From the IMG/VR virus record IMGVR_UViG_3300045988_170861, positions 1-56,431 of that record: DNA of 56,431 bases; one strand, given 5' to 3'. The stretch is from a virus. Shown piece by piece: positions 16,840 through 28,800 of the stretch. The notes beneath the pieces are model-generated. The model did not search any database. It was not told the DNA's origin and was given only the letters and a program-made list of their open reading frames with translations. The first letter of the stretch is position 1. The number at the start of each line of letters is the position of its first letter. The position numbers and the translations under genes were made by a program.

Positions 16840-19800
16840 TTACCAACTTAGAGCTTCTGCTCCTTGATAGTATTCTGGAGTATCTTTTTCTTTTAATCGT
16901 TCTCTTCTATCTTTTTTACGGTCTTTTCTAGCTTTTACTACTGTACTTCTTTTCACTCCTAACTCTTTTAATTTTTTTGCATATGGTGCAAGGTTTTCTT
17001 TTCGCTCTTCTGCATCAAGGTAATCATCAATAGCATTTTGTTTTTCTTTTGATGTCTTATTCATATTGTAATATTTAAGCGATCCTAATTCGGTATCTAT
17101 AGCTTCATTTGTAGATTTAAAGCCCATACCACGAATAATTCTACTCATAGCATCATCATATTTTGTTGTAATTCGTCCTCTTCCGTCCTTGCTTTCACCA
17201 ATAGCAGCGGTATATATATTATACATACCTGGTGATATAGAACGTAACATTCCTAAATTATCACCTTTTGTAGCATTTAAATAAAATTGAGCAATAGTAC
17301 CGCCAGTAGCACCTCCGAATTTTTCCATAGCTTTAATTACAGGGTTTGCATCTTTGTTATAATCTTCTCCTAATCCTGGTATTATATCATTCATACCAAC
17401 ACGAGAACTAATATCTATACCAACGTTACTCAAACCACCATACAATAATGTTCTTATAGCTACTCTTTCTGGCAAACTTGCGTCTTTACTAGCTTCTAAT
17501 AAAAATTGTCTTACTGCTTGTTTTGGACTTACTCCAAATACAGGTTCAGAAATCAAGCCAACAAGAGCCCATAATAAATCTTCTGCTGGTAAACCAAATG
17601 CACCCGCAAAGAAAATCCAACCACCCCAGAATGTAGCCTTTTGTTGCCATGTTGCGTCTTTTTTACCATTAAACGGAATAAAATCACGCATTAATTCAAA
17701 TTGTTTTATAGGATATTTCATAAACTGAAATAACACCTGGCTTATAATGCTTCCACGTCTGAATACGTTTGGAGCATCATTTACGCCATAATCAAAGTTA
17801 GCCTTACGGTTTATATCACGAGCATATTTAACAGCATCATCATGATTTTTATTTAATACATTTCTTGCTTTTCTATATGCTGCAAGAATAGTTGCACAAC
17901 GTGCTAATCTTTCTGAAGCTTTAAATAAAATCATTGAGCGGTCGCCCCATTTACCAAAGCTTGTTTTACTATAACCAGCACCACTATCAAGCCCTAATTC
18001 ATGAAGTACGCCCGTATCTTCCATGGCTTTTCTTTCATCAGGTTTTAATTTTGCTATTCTCTTTTCTGTTTGACTTTCTTTCAAAGCAGCGATATCTTTT
18101 GCAGCCTTCATTACTTCACTAGCAGCTTTTATAGGATTTTTATCTGTTAGTAATGCTGTCGTATTTAAAAGTTGTGTTAAATTAAGCATAGCCGATGACA
18201 CATTCCATACACCGAGTTTTAAAATAGATATTTTATTTGTTATATTACCAGCAACAGATAATGCAGCTCTTTCACCATAACGCGATGTAAATAAATATCT
18301 CCACAGTCTGCGATTATTGAGCCATGTACTTATAGAATTTTCTAATGCTGATGGATTACCGTTTACATCATTGATATAGTCTTTGATATATCTAGCTGTA
18401 CCATTAAGATATTTATTATCCGTACCAATTCTTCCATATATACGTTCAAAATAAGAAATGGCCTTAGGTTTAAATTCTGTTTCTAATGCTTCATATCTAC
18501 AAGCACTATTGAAGTAATGTCTTAACACCCAATTTAAATCTTTATCTTCATATCCTTTAGCACCTGTTCTATGCTGGATATTTCCAAAGAAACGATGTTT
18601 ACTAGAGCGTCTTACCTTGTTTTTATTATCACCTTTTTTATTCAAAAGTTGTTCGACATCATCAATACTCATATCAAATTCATTTGCAATACGTTCATTT
18701 ATTTTTTTATAAGCACCATCGCCAACCATTTCAGCATAATATTCTTCATCAATTCCGACCTCATTAAAATCAAATCGTTTAGGGTGAATTATTAACTTAG
18801 CATTTTCATTGTCTTTTAAATACTGTTCTGCTTTTTTATAGGCTTCTTTTACATTTCTTCCACTATCCACAGTTGTAGTAGTTCCATCATCATTTTGAAC
18901 TACTACATAGAAATCATGGAAAAAGTGTGGTACATATCCTTCTAATTTATTTACTTTTGGAATAGCTTCACGATATTTAACAGTGTATAGCTTGTTATTA
19001 TCAAGGTTTATTTTTTCGCCTTTTGGTGTACTGTAATCATCGCCGTAAATATGAGTGCTTCCATCTTTTTCCGTTACTCCTTCTTTTTCTTCTAAAATCT
19101 GGATAGCCTCATCTTTTCTAAGTGCTTCTAATTGGGCTTTGTTACAAACATCTTGTCTTATATGACTAGGGCGAATTTCATACGTTACCAAAACATCGTC
19201 CTTATCTTTTTCATTTTGAACCTCATCTAAGATATTGACGAATTTATTTTGTTTTAATCCTTCAAGTTTACTTTTAGAAATAATTTCTGATTTTGTTTGT
19301 ATTTGCGTTCTAGCTCTATTTATTAACTCATAGCACTCATTTAAAAGACCTCTAATAGCAATATATGCTTTAGCTGTACCTTTTTTTACTCCTGTTTCTT
19401 CTACGATTTTATCTGCACGTTTTTCAAAATCAGTTATGCCTTTTCCATACTCTTCGCTTAATGCATCACCTTTAAACATCAAATCATTTAATTCCTCTAT
19501 ATCCTTATCTTTGTTTTCAAGATAATCAAACGCTTCATTTAACTTTTTATTATAATAATGACGATTTTTAAGTTGTTTACGCATAGCATTATCAGCATAA
19601 TTAAATACGGGTTTAAATGCTACATACTTTTCGGCTAATCTTTCTGGTGATGATAATATAGATTCAAAACCACCAATATTACCAAGCTCATCAACTTTTT
19701 TATCATGTGCACTTTTACTGTATATCTTTATACGCTCATCTTTTTTATTTTTAGTAAATCTATTTTTAATATTTTTAAAAGCACCTTTAAAAATACCTGT

Positions 19801-22800
19801 AGCACTATCAACACTTTTATCATTGTCAGCAGAAAATTGAGAGTTATATTCGTCATCGTCAAATAAAACGCTCATATAATCCTCACCATATTGACGAATT
19901 AAAGACTCCTCTTCTTCTTTACCTATAGAATAAAAATCTCTATTATCATTAATTTTTATCTCGCCATTTTTTCCACGTTCAAATAGTTTATTTCCCTGAT
20001 TATCAACGATAGATGAAGATAGTTTCATAAAATTTTTAAACATAGATTTCTTCTGTGTATTAGTCAATCCAGCTTTAGGATTGTTTAAGAAATCAGTAAA
20101 TCTATTCATTAAATCACGAATAAATGAAATTAATCTTTTGGCCAAAGATTTATTTTCTTTGCCTAAATTTCTTAAATATTTAACACGTTTAACTACATCA
20201 TAAAAACCATCAGCCATCATTTCTTCAATAATTTTATCTTCAGATAATTTATCACCACGCCAAACAGTTTTACGATAATCCTCAATCTGTTTTGGTGTAA
20301 CTCTTTTCTTCATATCATTTAACATATCATTAAACAAACTAGGATTATTTCTGGCTATCCAATGGAATGTTTCATGCCAAAATACTTTAGGGTGGGACCA
20401 GTTACCATTTACATTAAGATATGTTGTACCGTGAGAGTGCCAACCTCTAAATCCTTTTGGACCTGTAAACCAATATATTGGAGTTCCCATTCTATCGCCG
20501 ATTGCAGATATTTCTTTTTCATAATCGCCAATTTTAACATTATCGAAATCAGCTTTTTCTCTAATATCTACATACTCATCTAATTTTTTATACATATCTT
20601 CAGCAAAAGAATAATTACTAGATTGTTCTTTATCTGTTATTCCTCTAACCGCATTAACAAATTTCTGTCTATCTTCTGATGACGAAAATAAAAAACCTTT
20701 AGCAAATCTACTATATCCACCGCCAGATTGTTTTGCTAATGATTTCAACTGCTGAAAATTCATTTGCTCTTTTACTTTTACACGATATTTTAATTCGCCA
20801 TTTCTAGTATCAGTATGAGTATCTAAAGTAAATTTGTCATCATCAACATTCTCAATACTACCAGAGCTACTATCAGATGAATTTCCTTTTTTTGCTTCTA
20901 TTTCTTTTTTCTTTTCTATCATAGATGTGATTATATCCGCAAATTCGTCAATAGTTTTGTCAGGATTAATTTCATAAGGTGATGTATTTTTTTTAGCAGC
21001 TAATTTATCATTTTTAAAAATATTTATGAAGCCATTGTATTTACCTTTATTATCGACATCATCTTTAGCTAGTGATTTTATTATTGGTTCAATATATTTT
21101 TTTACATTTTGTTTTAAATTTTGAGCACTACTATTTGATACTTCAGGTATCATTAAAAGCCTATTGCGCATTCTTAAAACAATTTTTCTCATATTACCAG
21201 TTGTAGTTTGTAGGTTTGAATCATACCCAAAATAATAATTGTAGATATCTTTTATATTATCTATTTTTTCTTTAGTATCTTTGTTAATGTGTATAGTATC
21301 TACATATTTAACTGGTTTTTCATTAGAGAAATCAAAGTCATCAACATTTATTGATTGTTCAGGCGATGATTTTTCTTTAGTGCTTTTTGTAGTTTTTATA
21401 CCTTCTTTTGTAAGGCTACCAACTATAATATGTTCATTCAAGAAATCAGCGTCATCTTTTTTAGGTGCATTTTCTTCTTTAACTACGTTATCGTCTTCGC
21501 TTTCAACTACGTTATCTGTCATATCCTCATCATAATTGTTATCAACATTATTATCTACACCTATATTTAATTTGCTGTTGATATCAGCTTGTTTAGCTAA
21601 TAATTCATTTAGTTTATCCTCATCAGCAAATTTCTTATTCATTTCTTTTGTTAGTTCTTTTTGTCTTTCGACAGATTGTTTTATTATATCGTTATTAGTT
21701 TCAACTATTTTTTGTGGCATATTATTTACTGTAGCTTCAATACTTCTAATAGAATTTTTAGCTTCATATGACCAATTATTTACCAATGTTAAAATTACTT
21801 CTCCACTCGTTTTTGTAGTATGTCCATAAAGAGTTGTAGAAGTAGGAACAAATCTAGCTTTTAAATCAAATCCAGCTATTTCACCTATTTTTGTATTATT
21901 TTTATTTTGTTCTTTCAATATTGGTTCTGTAATTTTATCTAATGCCAATTGTGCTTTTTTACGGTCAGTAAACAGCCTATTACCAATTTTAATTGAAAAG
22001 TTTTTACCGCTTATATCTTTATGTTGTTTAACATCAAGAGTAGCTTTTTCACTTGCTTTTGTAGCATTTTCAATTTTTCCTGGAAGCTTTTCTAATTCTC
22101 TTTTTATTCTTGATTGCTTCTTATCAAAAGAATTTTTTAAGCTAGTATATTTTCCAACCTCAGCATCAATAAGAACTTTTTCTGCCATTAATGGATTACC
22201 AGAAGCTAACGATTCAGCTTCGGCAAAACTCATTGCTAATACGTCGTTATCCTCAATAATACGTTGTGTAATATCAGCACTCAACGCTTCTGATATGAAA
22301 TGCTGCTTATTCTTTATTTTTTCCCACATATTAGCATCAAAGCTATCTTTTGTTACATACGTATATATCCCGACTTCTTTATTTTCATTTCCTTGTCGTA
22401 AAATACGTCCTTCTCGTTGCTCTATATCACGAGGTCGCCATGGGCAATCTAAATGATGTAATGCAACAAGTTTTTTTTGACAGTTAGTTCCTGCCCCCAT
22501 TTTTTCTGTTGAACCAATCAGCACACGCACTTTACCATTATTTACATTATCAAATAACTCTTGTTTTTTAGCCCTTGTTTTTGCGTCATGAATAAAAGCT
22601 ATTTCATTTTCTTTTATTCCTTTTTCTATTAGTTGTCGTTTTATTTCATGATATACATTAAATTTGCCATTAGATATATCGTTTTCATTATCTGTATCTA
22701 CATCAACATTATCATTATTTTTATCGCTAACTCCTGCTGGTGTAGATAAATCGCAAAATATAAGTTGTGCTCCTTTTGTACTATTACTATCTTTGTATTC

Positions 22801-25800
22801 TTTATAAACATTATCTACAAGTGAAGATATTTTTGTACCTGCTTGTGAAACTGGTACTTCTGGGTTTATTAATCTTACATCAAGACTAGCTTTTCGCAAT
22901 TCTCCTGTAAGTTTTAACATATTATCTTCTGTTGGGTCTACTTTTCTTTGGCGTATCATTTCTGCTCTATTTTTTACATCGTTAGTAATAAAATCTTTTA
23001 ATGCAGATGAAGCTTCTACCGAAACTACAATTCTTTTTCCAGTTTTCATTTTTGGTACTTTTAAATGTAAATCTTCTGGGCGTTTTACATCAGCAAATTT
23101 CCTAAACATTTTAACCATTTCTGGCTTATTAACAAATGCTGAAGCTTTATTTACAGCTCTATAACCATTTCCATCTGGATTTCTTTCTACAGTTTGAGTA
23201 ATATCTACAAATTGATTAGCCCAATTATCAAAATACAATAAATTATTTTTACGTAAATTATCCTCATCAAGATAACGCATCATTGTATACATTTCAGCAA
23301 GTGTATTTGATATCGGTGTACCAGTTGCAAAAACAACACCACGTCCGCCATTAGTTTTAGTTATATATTTTGTTTTTAAATACATATCCATAGAACGTTG
23401 ACTTCCTGTATTTGATAAACCTGCTACACGTTGCATTTTTGTTGTAAAAGATAAATTTTTAAATAAATCTGCTTCATCAACAAATATCTGGTCTATGCCT
23501 AATTCTTCAAAAGGTATAACCATGTCTTTTTTTTCTTCAGCAATATCTCGTTTTAATTTTGTTTTAAGATTAATTATTGATTTTTCAAGGTTACGAGTTA
23601 CCATGCTATCTAACAAACTTTTATCGCCTTGAGAATTTATTTCTCTTATAGCTTGCTCTAGTGAATTTTCTTGTTCTCTATAGAATTCATTATATGCTTC
23701 TGGCGACATTGGAATTCGCTTAAACATATCATGCGAAATAATTATTCCGTCCCAATCTTCTGTAGCTATTTGTGTTAAAATTCTTTGGCGTTGTGCAATT
23801 TTTTCTGATTTTCTTGAACTGTCCTTATCTTTTTTTGTTACTTCTGGTAAGTTTTCAGATGATACTATTAACAATTGAACATTAGGATAAATTTGTCTAA
23901 ATTCATTTGCGAACTGTTGTATCATATGTCCAGGAATAACAAATAATGGTTTTTTACAAATTCCTAAACGACGCATTTCCATTGCTGCTGTTTGCATAGT
24001 CCATGTTTTACCAGCACCAACACTATGAGCAAGTAAAGTATTTGAATTTTGCATTATACGCCATACAGCATCTTTTTGATGTTTTCTTAACGGTGGTGCT
24101 ATTAATGAATATCCTGGTAATATTAAATGTGAACCATCATATTCACGCAACTTCCAATTATTAAAGTTTGTATTGTAATAATCAAGTAATCTTTTTGTTC
24201 GCTTTTCGTCTGACCATATCCAATCATTAAATGCCTTTTTAATATTATCAATCATATTATTTGCAGCTGTTGTAGCATCATCATCAACGACTGATTTATT
24301 CTCACTAATAGTCTTTTTTATGACTGGTCGCTTTTGATTTAATGCTGCTTCTAGCAATTTATCAAAAGACCAACGGTTACTAATACCCCATGTTTCAGTA
24401 AACGAAACATTATTTTTAACCCAAGTATCAGCTTTAACTGCCCACTCACCATTAGCTGGCAAATAAATTACATCAATATAATCACTATTTACACCAACAG
24501 TTTCTGCTGCAAATTGTTTTATATCACTTGCTGGTATCCATGAAGCACCAAGATTAACTGTTATTTCTTCTGGAACAAGGTCAACTGGTTGAACTTTTTT
24601 GAGTGCCTCAATATTTTCTTTATAGCTACTATCTGTTTTCGCTACTTCTTCAGCTTGAGCTAATTTTTCACGTACATTGCCAGACAAATATTCATCTTGT
24701 GTTTCATATAATCCTGTCATCGGATTTTTATAAATAACGCCTTTGAGATTTTCAACTATTTCTTTTGGCTCTTTTCCAACTAAATTAGCCATATAATCAA
24801 TATCTACTTTTCCTTGTTCGCGTAAACTTATAGCTAGTGCGTCAGATGGGCTGTCAGCTTTTGTTGGTTTTTTTACTAATCCAACTGTTCGCATATTAAA
24901 AATATCTGATTTTCCAACAGTAACTTTTTTAGTCTTTTTATCTTCTGAATATCGTTCTATTGCCGATACCATTCCGTATTCTGGGTCAGTTGCAAGATAA
25001 CGAGAATTGTTTTTATTATTCAAATATCCGTTGTTTTCAACAAATGTATCATACAAAGTATTAAGTTCTGTTCTTATCTTTGAAATAGCTGTATCACTTA
25101 TTTTGTTATCAACTTGAGCTGACAATAATTGTTTTAATTTGTTTTTAACATTAACAAAATCTTTAACAAGTTTTTGCTTTGCTTTTGGAACTTCTTCTAA
25201 TTTACCATTTATATTTTGATATACTTTACCACTTTTACCAATAGTATAAGAATTATCTCTAAGCTTATTCGGTGCAAGATATTCCATTGTAGCCTGTTTA
25301 CTATCTTTTACAGGATTTAACAATGGCTCGTAAACATCTTCAGCTATTTTTTTTGTTATTTTTGATAACTTTTTAGGTAAATCAATATCCTTACCACTTA
25401 CATTTAAAGCATCGTTTCCATAACGACCAGAAATTGATGTAATTTTTCCAGCTACCATTTCAGGATTTTTTATATAATATTGGTTCATTTGAAACATACG
25501 TTCATCAACATCAATAAGGTCTGTTTCAATCCAATCTTTAGCATTAATATCTGCTTTTAATGGGTCAATGCGTTTCTTTAATATTATTATGTCAGAAATA
25601 ACATTTGTACCTGTATTATTTTTAAATGCTGTATCAGGTAACCTAATAGCACCTATTAAATCAGCTTTATCTTTTAAATATATACGTAAACGCTTTGAAT
25701 CATGACTATTATCCATAGTTCCTTTAGTAGTTATAAAAACAATCAATCCACCTGGTCTAACTTTATCCAAAGCTTTAGCAAAAAAGTAATTATGAATATC

Positions 25801-28800
25801 AAATTTATATTTATTGAATTTAGCATCGTGTACTCTAAATTGACCAAATGGAACATTACCAATAGCTAAATCAAAGAAGTTATCAGGAGAACTAAGTTTT
25901 TCAAATCCAGTGATATTAATATTAGCTTTTTGATAAAGTTGTGTAGCAATCTGACCACTTATTTTATCCAATTCTACGCCTGTTAAATATGAATTTCCCA
26001 TTATTTTTTCAGGCATAAGACCAAAGAAATTACCTACTCCCATTGATGGTTCAAGTATTTTACCGCCTTTAAATCCTAATCTATCAACAATTTTCCAAAT
26101 AGATTTTACTACATTAGGTGCTGTGTAATATGCAGAAAGCATAGACTCTTTAGCTGCTCTATATTCATCATCGGTTAATAATTCTTTTAATTCATTATTT
26201 GTTTTTTCATCAGAAAATACCGATGTCATTCCGCCCCAGCCACTATATTTTGCTAATGTTTTTTGTTCTGCAGACGTTGCTTTTCTACTTTCTATTTCTA
26301 ATTGTTTTAAAAGTTTTATTGCTTTTATATTATTTTTATATCGTTTTTCTTTACCACCTTCACCGACATTATCTTTATCTGACATTCTATAGTTAATAAG
26401 TGCAGGCTCATTACTTATTTCTTTTACCGTTTCTGTTGTTAAAGGTTCTATCTTTCGTTCATCATTTCCCAAGCCAGCATTTCCGCTTCCATTCTGCGTC
26501 TGGTCAACTCCAGATAATCGTCCGTTGGTGTCTGGTCGTTCATCAACATTTGTGTCAAGTCCTCGTGTTGATTGTCCCTCTCCTCGATTATTTTCTGTAC
26601 TTGTTGACGAAGATTTCCTTTCTTCTTCATTGCTTCCAGTTCCTTCGGATTGTTTACTTCCATTTGTAATATTTCCTCGTCTATTCTGTTCTTCATCGAG
26701 AACGCCATTATCTTTCACCTCATCAGTTTTATTTATTAAATTATTGTCTTTAGCATAATTATATATATTATCTATAACACGAACAATTGAATCAATAGTT
26801 CTACTTTCAACTGCTGAATATCTACCAACGCGAGGATTATTTTCCCATATATCACGGCGATTATCTTGTTCTTCTTTTGTTGTAGCTTTATTTATCCACT
26901 GTTCAACAGCTTCTGCTTCTTTTTCTTTTGCTATTTTATTTAAAGCTGAATACTTGTTACCAGCATATTTTAATGAGTTATCTATTTCATCTAATGTTAC
27001 ATCAAATTTTCTGTTAGAACCAAATAACAGTCTTTGACTTAATTCAGGAGAATCTACACTATCAAAATCTTTTTCTGTATAATTACTTTTTTTAGCATCT
27101 TTTGAAGTTAATGTTATTACATTTCCTCTTAAAAAACCATTATACATACCGATTTTATCATTAAATTTATAGATAATAGGATTTTTTTTGTTGCTTTTTT
27201 GTTCTTTAGTTTTTTCTTCTTTTTCTACATTTTCTTCTTGCGGTTTATTTTCTTCTTTAGTTTTTTCTTCTGTTACGTTAGTTTCCTTTACATCAACCTC
27301 TTTTTCTTTTGTAACTTTATCATTGCTTTGTTTTTCTTTATCTTTTGCTACTGCTTCTTCAATTGCTTGTTTTCTTGCTATTGCTGATTCAGCTAATATG
27401 TCATCAATTCCTAATCCTTTACCTTCTGGAGTAAATACTTTTTCCATCAAGTCTTTATATTTTTTTCTTATCTTAATTAACTTATTTTTAAGTTCTTCTT
27501 TTATATCATGGTCGTTTATAGCTTCTAAATCTTTAAATAATTGTTTTGTATATTCATCACCTTTTTTTACTTCTTCCACTGTAGGGTCTTTGAAGTTTTC
27601 TGGTATTTTTTCTATCTGTTCAGTAGAAGCTTCTTTTTCGCTTGATTTTTTTTGCTCTTTAACTTCTTCTTTATTATTTTTATTTAGTTTGTCTTTTAAG
27701 AAGTTGAAATAATCATGTTCTCCTTTAGTTATTTTTTCTTTTTTATCATCTTTAACTAAATAATAATTACTTCCATCTTTTTGAACATTATAACTGTCAT
27801 CGCTTATAGATTTTTCTATTCTTTCTTGACGAGAAATTTCACTATTAGGAAGTATTTTCTTTAATGTATTTGTAGCTTGTGATTTTTTTAATGATGTATC
27901 TAATGTATTGATATATTGATTAAAATATGGCTCTAAATCAATATTTTGATTTTGTTCAACGTTATTAGAAGGTTCTTCATTTACTATTTGTTCTCGTTGT
28001 TTTGGTGTCTTATATGAACCATAAACTTGCGGTGGTAATGTGAAATTTTTTGCAAACTCAACACCGCTTTTAATTAATTTATTTCTTCTAGCTTCTATTC
28101 TTGTTTGATTAGCGAGCTGAATTGGATTAAGAATTTTATTTTGTAGAATGTTGTTAGCTGTTGATGTTGATTCAACTTTTTGTACATTGTCATTAACAAC
28201 ATTATTTTGCTGTTGTTGTACTTGTTGATTATTAGCTATTTCATTAGCATAATTTTTCATCAAATATTGTTTTGCTTTTTGCTCATCTAAGAATTGATTA
28301 TCTTCATTATTATTTTTAAATAATGATTGTAATTTAGCTATTTCTTCTGGATTTCTACTTGTTTTAACTCGTTGTCTTGCAAACTCACGTAACCTATCAA
28401 GGTTAGGAGTTTCCATTTGAATTTTATTATTATTTGTAGATTTATTTTCGTTTGATGATGGTTTAACTGTATTAGTTGTTTTAATTGATTTAGTTAATGG
28501 TTCATTATTTTGTTTTTGTCTACTATTAACATAATCATAAATATTATCTTCTATACCTGGATAACGTTGTATTAATGCTCTTAAATTATCATCAGTAGCT
28601 TTAAATAGTTTATTTCCTCTTCCATCTATTATTGTTTTATCCTTAAAAAATTCTGTCGTTTCACCATCAGCATTATTAAGCATATCATTAGCAAAATCTA
28701 AAATAGAATTATCAAATTGTACGCTTGCTTCTGCTATATTTGTTTTACCTTTTGTTCCTAATCCACCTTTATATCCTTCTAAATGTAAATGATATCCACT

